Source: Clostridia bacterium (GTDB lineage: Bacteria > Bacillota > Clostridia > Oscillospirales > CAG-272). From it: DNA of 24,000 nucleotides. Position numbers and translations under genes: made by a program. Shown here piece by piece: positions 1-8,581 of this stretch. Under the pieces are notes generated by a model. The model had not been told where the DNA came from, did no database searches, and saw nothing but the letters and a program-made list of their open reading frames with translations. The stretch is taken from positions 154 to 24,153 of the forward strand of contig JAFUQU010000041.1 in assembly GCA_017472255.1 (NCBI GenBank). The letters run 5' to 3'. The stretch's first letter is position 1. Every line of letters begins with the position of its first letter.

Positions 1-17
1 CACCGGCTATGCCGGTG
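1..17 (-). terminator. hairpin just 3' of the tRNA-Leu gene, possible terminator
   Basis: CACCGGC-TAT-GCCGGTG perfect 7-bp stem, immediately downstream of the minus-strand tRNA; the U-run side lies outside the window. Confidence 0.5.
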
Positions 18-23
18 GTTTTC

Positions 24-109
24 TGGTGCGAGAAACGGGACTTGAACCCGTACGGTGAAAATCCACACGCCCCTCAAACGTGCGCGTCTGCCAGTTCCGC
101 CACTCTCGC
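24..109 (-). tRNA. tRNA-Leu (anticodon GAG), CCA encoded
   Basis: Reverse complement GCGAGAGTGGCGGAACTGGCAGACGCGCACGTTTGAGGGGCGTG...ACGGGTTCAAGTCCCGTTTCTCGCACCA; 7-bp acceptor stem, T-stem/loop GGGTTCAAGTCCC, anticodon loop TTGAGGG. Confidence 0.95.
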
Positions 110-185
110 GTCAACAGATATATTATACACGATTGCGCACGATTTGTCAAGGGGTTTTCGAAATTTTATTCGGGATAATTTTTAA

Positions 186-1193
186 TTATTCCACCGCCGC
201 CAGATCCAGCGATTTGCCGTAATCGGTGTAAACCGGCGTCAGATTGTTGTAGAACTTGTAGAATTCCTCGTAGAACTTCGAATAGGTGTAGTTCTCGAAA
301 ATTTCGTCTGCGTTTTCATTCATGTAGGCTTCGTCCTTCGGACAGCGCAGCACAATGTGGTAGCCGTAGGGCGATTCCACCACGCCGCTGTATTCGCCTT
401 CGTCAAGCCCAATCGCCGCTTCCCAGATTTCGTCCAGCGCGTCATATTTCATCGTATAATAGCCGTGCTCCGGCGACAGATATTCCTCGCTGTAATCGCT
501 GTACTCGCCCATCAGCTCCACAAAATCGCCGCCCGCCTTCAGCGCGGCAAGCGCTTCCTCGGCGCGTCCCTTCGCGTAATCCTTCGCCTCCGCGCTCAGA
601 AACTCCACGTAAATTTCCTTGATGCAGATGATCTCGTCGCTTGCCAGCGCCGCATCCACAGCCTCATCGCCCGTGGCGATCATGCCCGTGGATTTCATGT
701 AATCCAGCACCGAATACGCCAGCTGGGACTCCGCCATTAAATCGTAAAATAAATCATGCGTCATATATTGCTGCTCCAGCGCCAGCAAATAGGTCTCGTC
801 GTCACCGCAGGAGGCTCGGTACTGCTTCACATAAGTGTCAATCGCCTGTTCCTCGTCGTCGGTCAGCTTAACGCCCCATTCGTCCGCCATAATCGTCAAA
901 GTATGGCGGTTTTTTACGTTGGCTTCCACCAGCTCCTTCAGCGTTTCGCAGTCTTCCTCGGTCAGCGCAGCGTCCTCGCCGAACTGGTCGCGCTTGTTGT
1001 TAAGCAGAAAATAGCGGTATTCCTGATATTCCACATCCTCGCCGCCAATGGTCATGACCACCTTTTTGTCCTGCTCAGTAGACGGAAAATCGCTGCTATT
1101 CTTCCCCGAACAGCCGGACAGCAGCATCGCCGCCGCCATCACCGCCGCTCCAAAAGCCCTATATTTCAAATCTATCATCCTTTCATAAACCAT
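186..1193 (-). CDS. parvulin-type peptidyl-prolyl isomerase lipoprotein (PrsA/SurA-like)
   Basis: Lipobox-like MAAAMLLSGCSG; C-terminal PpiC-like segment FVELMGEYSDYSEEYLSPEHGYY...WEAAIGLDEGEYSGVVESPYGYHIVLR. Confidence 0.85.
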   Translation of the reverse strand: MVYERMIDLKYRAFGAAVMAAAMLLSGCSGKNSSDFPSTEQDKKVVMTIGGEDVEYQEYRYFLLNNKRDQFGEDAALTEEDCETLKELVEANVKNRHTLTIMADEWGVKLTDDEEQAIDTYVKQYRASCGDDETYLLALEQQYMTHDLFYDLMAESQLAYSVLDYMKSTGMIATGDEAVDAALASDEIICIKEIYVEFLSAEAKDYAKGRAEEALAALKAGGDFVELMGEYSDYSEEYLSPEHGYYTMKYDALDEIWEAAIGLDEGEYSGVVESPYGYHIVLRCPKDEAYMNENADEIFENYTYSKFYEEFYKFYNNLTPVYTDYGKSLDLAAVE

Positions 1194-1374
1194 AAAATCG
1201 TGCCGCTTCTGCTATTATAACGTACCAATGTGACGGCTGTGTGAAGATTCACGGAGTATTGCTGGAATTTTGCAAAGAATTTCGTTGACTTGGCTGAACA
1301 GCCGTGAACCCGTCCGGCGTGCAGTGAACACCCCAAGTATGCTATACTTTTAGCAGTACAGAGGAGGAATGCAA

Positions 1375-1704
1375 ATGGTCAAATTCCGATCGGGCAGAAA
1401 GCTCATCGAGGCCATCGACGCCTACGTGACCGAGTGCCGCTCAGTCGATACCAAAAAGCCCATCTTCGCCAATATCGCCGGATTCTGCCGCTCCGCCGGT
1501 ATCTCCGTCGGCGATTACCTTTCATTAAAAAAACGCTTCCCCGCCGAATTCGAACTCGCCGGCGCCTACTTCGAAGACGCCGCCCTCAACTCCGGCGCCA
1601 CCGCTTCCCTCGTCGGTATGTACCTCCGCCAATACGGCTACTGGGGCAAACCCGCCGAAGACGAAGTGGTATGCGAGCATGATTTATACGAAGACGGGGT
1701 TTAA
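1375..1704 (+). CDS. phage terminase small subunit (P22 gp3-like DNA-packaging protein)
   Basis: 109 aa MVKFRSGRKLIEAIDAYVTECR...IAGFCRSAGISVGDYLSL...SGATASLVGMYLRQYGYWGKP; HTH-like N-terminus and typical TerS C-terminus; AGGAGG spaced 7 nt before the second ATG; lies upstream of TerL. Confidence 0.75.
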   Translation: MVKFRSGRKLIEAIDAYVTECRSVDTKKPIFANIAGFCRSAGISVGDYLSLKKRFPAEFELAGAYFEDAALNSGATASLVGMYLRQYGYWGKPAEDEVVCEHDLYEDGV

Positions 1705-2330
1705 AGGGGTACGCGCTTTTCGTGAAAAGCTGTGCAAAAGCTTTATGGTGAGGGATATTTTGGCTTTCCTTCGGGACGGTTTACCGTCCCCGAATGCACT
1801 TCACCCACGGCGTTTACGCTTCAAACTTGTTCGCGAGTGCAGCGCAATTGGTAGGACAGCGCGAACATACTGCTGGCGACAGAGAGCGATTTGTCCTCCG
1901 CGGAACCCTGCCCCCTCCGGCAAATCGGGTTCGCTATAATTTGTTTTGCGTGTAAAGTTACTTTGTTTTTTGGATAATATAGGTCGAACCAAATTGCTGA
2001 AATGCCAGTAATAAAAGTTACTTTATTTATAAACCCGACAGTTCAAACAAACTCACTGTGCTGCAAGTGATAGAAAGAACTTTTGCACGCAAAGCGAGTT
2101 AGAAGTGTCCCGATTTGCCGTAAGGGGTAGGGACCCCTGGAGGACAAATCGCTCTGGGACGCTTAGCCTGTGTACGCGCACGCTTCGTCTGCGCTGCACT
2201 CGCGAACAAGTTTGAAGCGTTCCTTCGTGGGTGAAGAGCATTCCGGGACGGTAAACCGTCCCGAAGGAACGCCAAAACATCCCTCACCATAAAGCTTTTG
2301 CACAGCTTTTCACGAAAAGCGCGTACCCCC
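1705..2330. repeat. large imperfect inverted repeat (foldback), arms ~250 bp, centre ~2018
   Basis: ggggtacgcgcttttcgtgaaaagctgtgcaaaagctttatggtgagggat (from 1706) is the reverse complement of atccctcaccataaagcttttgcacagcttttcacgaaaagcgcgtacccc (to 2329). Similarity continues inward through ccttcgggacggtttaccgtccc, cttcaaacttgttcgcgagtgcagcgca, agagcgatttgtcctcc, ggcaaatcggg and gcgtg(t/c)aaaagtt. Confidence 0.93.
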
Positions 2331-2354
2331 CTACCAGAAAGGACTGAATCACAA

Positions 2355-3632
2355 ATGATATTACACGGCAAGCCTAATCCGAAGCAGGCGGAATTCTTCC
2401 GGTCTACTGCGAAGTTTACTGCATACGGCGGCGCGCGGGGGGGCGGCAAGAGTTGGGCGCTGCGGCGGAAGCTGATTGCGCTATGTTTGAGGTATGCGGG
2501 CATACACTGTCTGATTATAAGGCGGACGCTGTCTGAGCTGAGGCAGAATCATGTGATGCCGCTGCTTGCGGAGCTTGGCGGACGGGTGGCGTGGTCGGCT
2601 GGTGAACGGGAGTTTACCTTTGCCAACGGCAGCCGGATTACGCTGGGGTATCTTGCCTGCGATGCGGACACGCTGCGCTATCAGGGTCAGGAGTACGACA
2701 TTATCGCCATTGACGAGGCGACGCAGCTTACCGAGTATCAGTTTTCGACGCTGAAGGGCTGTCTGCGCGGCACGGGGAAATTTCCCCGCCGGATGTATCT
2801 GACCTGCAATCCCGGCGGCGTGGGACACGCCTGGGTCAAGCGTCTGTTTATTGATCGGGATTTCCGGGAGGGCGAGAATCCTTCCGACTACCGATTCATT
2901 CAGGCGCTGGTTTACGACAACGACGTGCTGATGGATTCCGATCCCGATTACGTTCACTCGCTGCAAAGCCTTCCCGATCATTTACGGGCGGCGTGGCTGG
3001 AGGGGCGCTGGGATTTATTCGAGGGGCAGTTTTTCCCCGAGTTTTCGAAGGAACGCCATGTATGCGCGCCTGTCGAGCTGAAATCAAGGCGGCGGTTCGC
3101 TGCTTTTGACTATGGATTTGACCGCTTTGCCCTGCTCTTTTGCTGCATGGAGGGGGATATGCTTTACGTCTACCGCGAGTTCTGCAAGTCGGGGCTGACC
3201 CTCTCGCAGGCGGCGGGGGAGTTGGCGCGGCTCTGTGATGCTGACCGGCAGCGGGGGTTTGATATCGCTTATGCGGTGGCTTCCCCCGATTTATGGAACC
3301 GGCGGCAGGATTCGGGCTACAGCGGTCAGGAGATCATGTCCCGCACCGAGGGCGTGCCGCCTCTTTTGCGGGCGGACAACCGCCGCATTCCCGGATGGCG
3401 CGCCTTACGCGAGACGCTGGACGGGCATCTGCGCATCTTTGAAGGGTGCCGGGAGCTGATTTCGTCCATGCAGGCACTTCTCTGCGACCCGGCGATTCCC
3501 GAGGACGCCTCGGGCGAACCGCACGCTGTGACCCACGCGCCGGAAGCGCTTCGCTACGCGGTGATGTCCCGTTCGGGCGATCGCTGCGATGTGCGGGTTG
3601 ACCGCACAATCGGCGGGCTGGCGAATTTCTGA
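2355..3632 (+). CDS. phage terminase large subunit
   Basis: Walker A GGARGGGKS, Walker B YDIIAIDEATQLTE, nuclease-domain start FAAFDYGFDRFALLF; ATG at 2355 preceded by AGAAAGGA. The 19 upstream residues in the ORF track lie in the repeat arm. Confidence 0.93.
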   Translation: MILHGKPNPKQAEFFRSTAKFTAYGGARGGGKSWALRRKLIALCLRYAGIHCLIIRRTLSELRQNHVMPLLAELGGRVAWSAGEREFTFANGSRITLGYLACDADTLRYQGQEYDIIAIDEATQLTEYQFSTLKGCLRGTGKFPRRMYLTCNPGGVGHAWVKRLFIDRDFREGENPSDYRFIQALVYDNDVLMDSDPDYVHSLQSLPDHLRAAWLEGRWDLFEGQFFPEFSKERHVCAPVELKSRRRFAAFDYGFDRFALLFCCMEGDMLYVYREFCKSGLTLSQAAGELARLCDADRQRGFDIAYAVASPDLWNRRQDSGYSGQEIMSRTEGVPPLLRADNRRIPGWRALRETLDGHLRIFEGCRELISSMQALLCDPAIPEDASGEPHAVTHAPEALRYAVMSRSGDRCDVRVDRTIGGLANF

Positions 3633-3727
3633 GATTCGCCGCTGACAACGATATATCCGCCTCGCGGGGTGCACACTGCGGGGTGCATATATAAATACAT
3701 TACCTACCAAACAGGAGGACAAAAACT

Positions 3728-4552
3728 ATGGCAATTTCCAACTTCATCCCCACCGTCTGGAGCGAGACGCTCCTGAGCGAGCTTGACCACGACTACATCG
3801 GCGTGCGCAACTGCTCCCGCGACTTTGAGGGCGATATCCGCGGCAAGGGTTCGTCCGTCAAGATCAACGGCATCGGCGACATCTCTGTTTTCGACTACAC
3901 CAAGGACACCGATATGCAGACCGCGCAGGATCTGTCCGACACCTCTCAGACCCTGCTCATCGATCAGGCAAAGGCGTTCAACTTCCAGATTGACGACGTT
4001 GACCGCGCCCAGTCCACCCCCAAGCTGATGCAGGCTGCCATGAGTCAGGCTGCTGCGGCTCTTTCCGATGTGGCTGACGCTTATGTCTACTCCCTCTACA
4101 AGAATGTCGCTCCCACGAACACCATCGCCTACAGCGAAATCGTTGCCGAGGACGTGCTGGACATTCTGCTTGACGCCCGCCGCGTCCTGCTCTCCCACGG
4201 CGTGAACAGCAACATTCCCACTTCGCTGGAGGTTTCTCCCGAGGTGGCGGCGCTGATCATCAAGTCCAAGATTCTCAACAACTCGGACAACACCGCCGCT
4301 CTGGAAAACGGCGCGCTGGGCAGCTTTATCGGCTTCGACGTCTACGTTTCCCCCAACATCGCCGTGGTGGACAACCGCTACAAGTGCCTTGCCCGCACCA
4401 AGCGTGCCATCGCGTTCGCCGAGCAGCTCAACGAGGTGGAGGCTTACCGCCCCGAGAACCGCTTCGCCGACGCGGTGAAGGGTCTGCATCTCTACGGCGC
4501 AAAGGTGGTTTACCCCGACGAGGTGGTGCTGCTTGACCTGAGCGTCGGCTGA
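3728..4552 (+). CDS. phage major capsid / coat protein (P22-coat-like family)
   Basis: 274 aa MAISNFIPTVWSETLLSELDHDYIGVRNCSRDFEGDIRGKGSSVKINGIGDISVFDYTKDTDM...; N-terminal pattern typical of phage coat proteins; strong RBS AGGAGG; position after TerL. Confidence 0.82.
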   Translation: MAISNFIPTVWSETLLSELDHDYIGVRNCSRDFEGDIRGKGSSVKINGIGDISVFDYTKDTDMQTAQDLSDTSQTLLIDQAKAFNFQIDDVDRAQSTPKLMQAAMSQAAAALSDVADAYVYSLYKNVAPTNTIAYSEIVAEDVLDILLDARRVLLSHGVNSNIPTSLEVSPEVAALIIKSKILNNSDNTAALENGALGSFIGFDVYVSPNIAVVDNRYKCLARTKRAIAFAEQLNEVEAYRPENRFADAVKGLHLYGAKVVYPDEVVLLDLSVG

Positions 4553-4574
4553 TTCATACGCTGACTTCGTCTGC

Positions 4575-4600
4575 GGCGGGACGGCTCACGCCGTCCCGCC
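4575..4600. terminator. strong intra-operon hairpin after the coat gene
   Basis: GGCGGGACGGC-TCAC-GCCGTCCCGCC perfect 11-bp stem 23 nt past the coat stop; weak T-tract (TACCTTATT). Confidence 0.6.
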
Positions 4601-4623
4601 TACCTTATTAAGGAGAGATTTTT

Positions 4624-4962
4624 ATGACCTGCAACAATATTTACGAAAAAGCATTGGCATTGATCGGCGATATGCCGACGGACGCGGGAACCGAATATTA
4701 CGCCGACCGCGCCCCCGCCCTGCTTTCGATGGTGGTGCGCGAATACGCCCCCATCACCGGAACGGTGGTGCCTGAAATTACGTCGCTGGACGCTTCTTTT
4801 CCGCTGGACGACCGGCTGGCTCCTCCGGCGGCCATGCGGCTGGCGGCGCTGCTTATCATCGACGAGCTGCCCGGCACCGCCGAGGTGCTGAATTCCTCCG
4901 CCGCACGTTCGCTTCAGGCGGTCTGGGGCGCGGAGATTTCGTCGATCAAAGAGGTATACTAA
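4624..4962 (+). CDS. putative head-tail adaptor / connector-like small protein
   Basis: 112 aa MTCNNIYEKALALIGDMPTDAGTEYYADRAPALLSMVVREYAPITG...; RBS AAGGAGAG; position between coat and gp10-like ORF. Confidence 0.45.
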   Translation: MTCNNIYEKALALIGDMPTDAGTEYYADRAPALLSMVVREYAPITGTVVPEITSLDASFPLDDRLAPPAAMRLAALLIIDELPGTAEVLNSSAARSLQAVWGAEISSIKEVY

Positions 4963-4963
4963 A

Positions 4964-6664
4964 ATGAGCGAGCCGAAGAAACACATCTTTGACGATTTCT
5001 CCTCCGCCGCGCGGATCGACAACTTTCGCGTTACGGCCGACAAACGGCTGGAACAGCGGGGCGGCACCGCGCTGATTCACACCTTCGACGCGCCGCTTCG
5101 GGGGGCGCTGACCGTGGGCGTCAGCGACGGCGAGGAGATTTACGCCGTTTCGGGCAGCAAGCTTTGGCGGCTTACCGAGGCGGACGGGGTATTCACCGCC
5201 GTGTCGCTGGGCACGCTGGAGGACGCGGCGTTCGCGGACGAAAACGAGCGGGTGGAGATGTTCCTGTTCACCGGGAAGCTGTACATTCTGGGCGGCGGGA
5301 ACTATTACTGCTGGGACGGCAGCGCACTGTCCGTGGTGGAGGGTTACATCCCTCTCTGGCGGCGATATTCGGGCGCGACGGGGGGGAGCCAGGCTTACGA
5401 GCGGCGCAATCTGCTGACCAACCGGGTGCGGGAACGCTTCTGCCCCGACGGGGAGAGCCGGGAATTCAAGCTTTACGGCAAGGCGGTGTCGGTGGAATCG
5501 GTTTGGGTTTCCGGCACGAAGCTGGAAACCGATATGTATTCGGTGCGCTTCTCGGAAAACACCGGCTACGTGGAGATGGCGCTCATCTACTCCGAAAATT
5601 CCAACGACATCATTGAAATCTACTACACGTTAGTGGACGATGGACGCCGTTCCGACGTAACCTCCTGTCCCCACGCGGCGGTTTACGGCGGCGACACCGA
5701 CACCCGCGTGTTCCTTTACGGCGGCAGCAACCGCTCGGTCATCTACCCCACCGATCTGGTGGGCGCGGAGGATACGCCCGCCATTTCCGCCGAATACTTC
5801 CCCATTGGCGCGGACATCACCGTGGGTGATGGCAATCTGCGGGTGACGGGCGCGGTGCGGCAGTTCGACCGGCTGGCGATTTTCACGGAGGAGGGGGCGT
5901 TCTACACCTATCCTTACGATGCGGGAACGGTCAACGGCATCCAACGCTTCACCTACCCCATTCTGCCGCTGAACTCGGATGTGGGCGCTACCCGGGAGGG
6001 CGGCGCGGTGCTTCTGGAAAACGAGCCTTACGCGCTGAATCCCAACGGGCTTTACCGCTTCAAATCCACGTCGGTGCGGGACGAGCGTCTGGCGGTGCGG
6101 GTGGAAGCGCCGGATTTCATCGGTCTCGATCGGGAATTCATCGACGCCTGCGGGCTTTATGTGAACAAGCTGCGGGGCGAGCTATGGTGCTATCACAACG
6201 GCGTGATGGCGATTTACAACGCTCGGCTTGATGTGTGGTACCGTTTCACGGGGGTTGATCCGCACTTTATGTTCACGTACCAGAGCGAGGCGGCGTTCGG
6301 CGAGGGTAATTCGCTGTACCGCTTCGGCGAGGGGCTGTACGACGACGAGGGTACGCCCTTTACGGCGCAGTTTGTCAGCCTGCCGCTGGATCTGGGGGCT
6401 GCCTTCGAGCGAAAGACGATCTACGGCTTTGGCGTATCGCTGGAGCGGCGTCCCAGCGCGTCGGTGATCTGCTCCCTTTCCACCGATCTGGGCGGCGAAT
6501 GGTCGCACACCTTTACGCTGGACGAGGGGGACGGCAGCACGCCTGTGGTATGCCATTCCCACGCGCGGCTGGGGCGGGTGGCTTACGCGGTATTTTCGCT
6601 GGAGGCGCCCGGCGGCTGCGATGCTTCCGTCGGCGTCCGCGAGGTGATGGTCGAGGTGAGGTAG
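4964..6664 (+). CDS. phage tail/portal stabilisation-like protein (P22 gp10-like, beta-propeller-like)
   Basis: 566 aa, begins MSEPKKHIFDDFSSAARIDNFRVTADKRLEQRGGTALI and has repeated beta-strand-rich blocks (VEMFLFTGKLYILGGGNYYCWDG; RLAIFTEEGAFYTY; GELWCYHNGVMAIYNARLDVWYRFTG). Assignment rests on architecture and neighbourhood. Confidence 0.5.
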   Translation: MSEPKKHIFDDFSSAARIDNFRVTADKRLEQRGGTALIHTFDAPLRGALTVGVSDGEEIYAVSGSKLWRLTEADGVFTAVSLGTLEDAAFADENERVEMFLFTGKLYILGGGNYYCWDGSALSVVEGYIPLWRRYSGATGGSQAYERRNLLTNRVRERFCPDGESREFKLYGKAVSVESVWVSGTKLETDMYSVRFSENTGYVEMALIYSENSNDIIEIYYTLVDDGRRSDVTSCPHAAVYGGDTDTRVFLYGGSNRSVIYPTDLVGAEDTPAISAEYFPIGADITVGDGNLRVTGAVRQFDRLAIFTEEGAFYTYPYDAGTVNGIQRFTYPILPLNSDVGATREGGAVLLENEPYALNPNGLYRFKSTSVRDERLAVRVEAPDFIGLDREFIDACGLYVNKLRGELWCYHNGVMAIYNARLDVWYRFTGVDPHFMFTYQSEAAFGEGNSLYRFGEGLYDDEGTPFTAQFVSLPLDLGAAFERKTIYGFGVSLERRPSASVICSLSTDLGGEWSHTFTLDEGDGSTPVVCHSHARLGRVAYAVFSLEAPGGCDASVGVREVMVEVR

Positions 6665-6724
6665 GAACGGCCGGCGGGCTGCCGTACACCCACAAAATTT
6701 TCACACTACAAAAGGAGGACACAT

Positions 6725-6856
6725 ATGCTTATTTTCCTTTACCTGCTTGGCTTCCTTACGGGAGCGGCAGCGGCTGCGCTGGTCGGCTTTCTGCGCAAAA
6801 GGCGCAGAAAGCCCCCTTCCCTCGATGACGAGATGCGCAGCATTTTACAATATTAA
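6725..6856 (+). CDS. 43-aa single-TM small membrane protein, absent from the supplied ORF track
   Basis: MLIFLYLLGFLTGAAAAALVGFLRKRRRKPPSLDDEMRSILQY; RBS AAAGGAGGACACAT-ATG; followed at once by the portal RBS (AAGGAGGATTTACC-ATG). Confidence 0.75.
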   Translation: MLIFLYLLGFLTGAAAAALVGFLRKRRRKPPSLDDEMRSILQY

Positions 6857-6868
6857 GGAGGATTTACC

Positions 6869-8392
6869 ATGCAAAACAACATTTCCTGGCGGCAGTTCGA
6901 AGCCGGCCGCGAGTACAACCAGCGGATCGGGCTTTACCAGAACGCCGCCGTCAACGAACGCTTCTATCGCGGCGATCAGTGGAAGTCGGTCAACGCTTCC
7001 ACGCTTCAGACTCCCGTCTTCAACATTGTCCGGCGCATTACCGATTATCTGGTGGCGCAGGCGGCGGCTTCCAACGTGGATATCGTTTACTCGGACGAAA
7101 ATCTCCCCTTCGTGCAGGATGAGGACACCCGCGCGCGCATCGCCGAAGCGGTGGCGCTGCTTAATCGCAACGCCGCCTATCGCTGGGAAAAATGCCGCCT
7201 CGACCGGCTTGTCCGCCAGCTGCTTTTGGACGCGGCTCTTACCGGCGACGGCGTGCTTTTCACCTACTGGGATCCGTCCATCGTAACCGGGCAGGCTTAC
7301 ACCGGAGATTTCGTTACCACCACCGTGGACGGCGCGAATCTGTTCGTGGCGGACGTGAACTCCACCGATTTGCAGGGACAGGCGTACATCATTCTGTCCG
7401 GTCGGGCGGCGGTGAGCGAGCTTCGGGCGGAAGCGCTGGATCACGGCGCGTCCCCCGACGACGCGGCGAAGATTCTCCCCGATGGCGATCTTCACTACGG
7501 CGCGGGCGACTGCGCGGCGCTGGAGAACACCGATGTGTCCATGGAAAAGGCAACCTACATCATCAAGTTTTACCGCAACCGGGCGGGCATCGTCTGCTTC
7601 GAAAAATCCACCCGGGACTGCATCATCCGCACCGCCGAAACCGGGCTCCGGCTCTATCCCGTGGCGATGATGAACTGGATTCCCACGAAGAATTCCTATC
7701 ACGGCACCTCGCCGGTCACGTCGATGATTCAGAACCAGAAGTATATCAACAAGGCTTACGCTCTGCTGATGAAGCATATGATCGACACCGCCTTTTCCAA
7801 GGTGATCTACGACAAGACCCGCATTCCCGAGTGGACCAACGAGGTCGGGCAGTCCATCGGCGTGGTGGGCGGCGATCTGAACGGCGTGGCGACCACCGTT
7901 TCGCCGGGCGCCATGGACGAACGGTTCGGCGAGGTCATCGACAGCGTGCTGACCCACACCAAGGAGACCATGGGCGCTACCGACGCTTCCCTGGGCGAGA
8001 CCAATCCCACCAACACGTCGGCAATTGTGGCGCTCCAGGAGGCTAATTCCGTTACGCTGGATTCGGTGCGCGGTTCGCTGTACAACTGCCTGGAGGAGCT
8101 GGCGGCCATCTGGGTGGACTTTATGTGTGCTTATTACGCGGACGGGCGGATGGTGCTGTCCGGCGAGGGCGTGGCGGCGTTCGACTGCCGTTTGCTGCGT
8201 GGCGAGCTGATTTCCGCACGGGTTGACGTAGGCTCGGCGACCCGCTTCTCCAAGGCGTCGGCGCTGGCGGCGCTGGACAAGCTGCTGGACGGCGGGCATA
8301 TTACGCTGAAGCAGTATCTGGAGCGCCTGCCCGACGGGGTGATTCCCATGCGCGCCCAGCTGATCGACGAGGTGAGCGGCGATGGACGATAA
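6869..8392 (+). CDS. phage portal protein
   Basis: 507 aa; N-terminal YRGDQW, PVFNIVRRITDYLVAQ, MMNWIPTKNSYHGTSPVTSMIQNQKYINKAYALL, GATDASLGETNPTNTSAIVALQEAN; strong RBS. Confidence 0.9.
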   Translation: MQNNISWRQFEAGREYNQRIGLYQNAAVNERFYRGDQWKSVNASTLQTPVFNIVRRITDYLVAQAAASNVDIVYSDENLPFVQDEDTRARIAEAVALLNRNAAYRWEKCRLDRLVRQLLLDAALTGDGVLFTYWDPSIVTGQAYTGDFVTTTVDGANLFVADVNSTDLQGQAYIILSGRAAVSELRAEALDHGASPDDAAKILPDGDLHYGAGDCAALENTDVSMEKATYIIKFYRNRAGIVCFEKSTRDCIIRTAETGLRLYPVAMMNWIPTKNSYHGTSPVTSMIQNQKYINKAYALLMKHMIDTAFSKVIYDKTRIPEWTNEVGQSIGVVGGDLNGVATTVSPGAMDERFGEVIDSVLTHTKETMGATDASLGETNPTNTSAIVALQEANSVTLDSVRGSLYNCLEELAAIWVDFMCAYYADGRMVLSGEGVAAFDCRLLRGELISARVDVGSATRFSKASALAALDKLLDGGHITLKQYLERLPDGVIPMRAQLIDEVSGDGR

Positions 8393-8570
8393 GCAGCTCT
8401 CCCCCGAGGAAATCAACGCCGCCAATGCCGCCGCGTCCACCGGGCGTGTCCGGGATGACGGGCGGGGCGCGGTGTTCTTCACCGAAGCGGACGTCCGCGC
8501 GATGACGTCGAAGCAGGTGCGCGCCAACCTGCCCCGGATTCTTCAATCCATGAGCAGCCGGGAGTTTTAA
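8382..8570 (+). CDS. small phage protein downstream of portal (unknown function)
   Basis: 62 aa MDDKQLSPEEINAANAAASTGRVRDDGRGAVFFTEADVRAMTSKQVRANLPRILQSMSSREF; overlaps the portal stop. Confidence 0.6.
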   Translation: MDDKQLSPEEINAANAAASTGRVRDDGRGAVFFTEADVRAMTSKQVRANLPRILQSMSSREF

Positions 8571-8581
8571 GAGGAAATTGA

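Noticed and set aside
24-109. tRNA-Leu as the integration site (att) of the phage-derived block
   Set aside because: No duplicate of the tRNA 3' end (ggtgcgagaaacggg) was seen near 10.2-10.35 kb, the ppiC gene lies between, and no integrase is present.
1679-1939. ORFs 1679-1939 (+) and 2099-2503 (-) as real genes
   Set aside because: Their similarity is explained by lying in the two arms of the inverted repeat; translations are low-complexity and lack RBSs. Kept as repeat, not CDS.
6845-8527. 560-aa minus-strand ORF opposite the portal gene
   Set aside because: Fully antisense to a clear portal CDS with strong RBS; composition (many G/R/H/V) is typical of a shadow ORF in GC-rich DNA.
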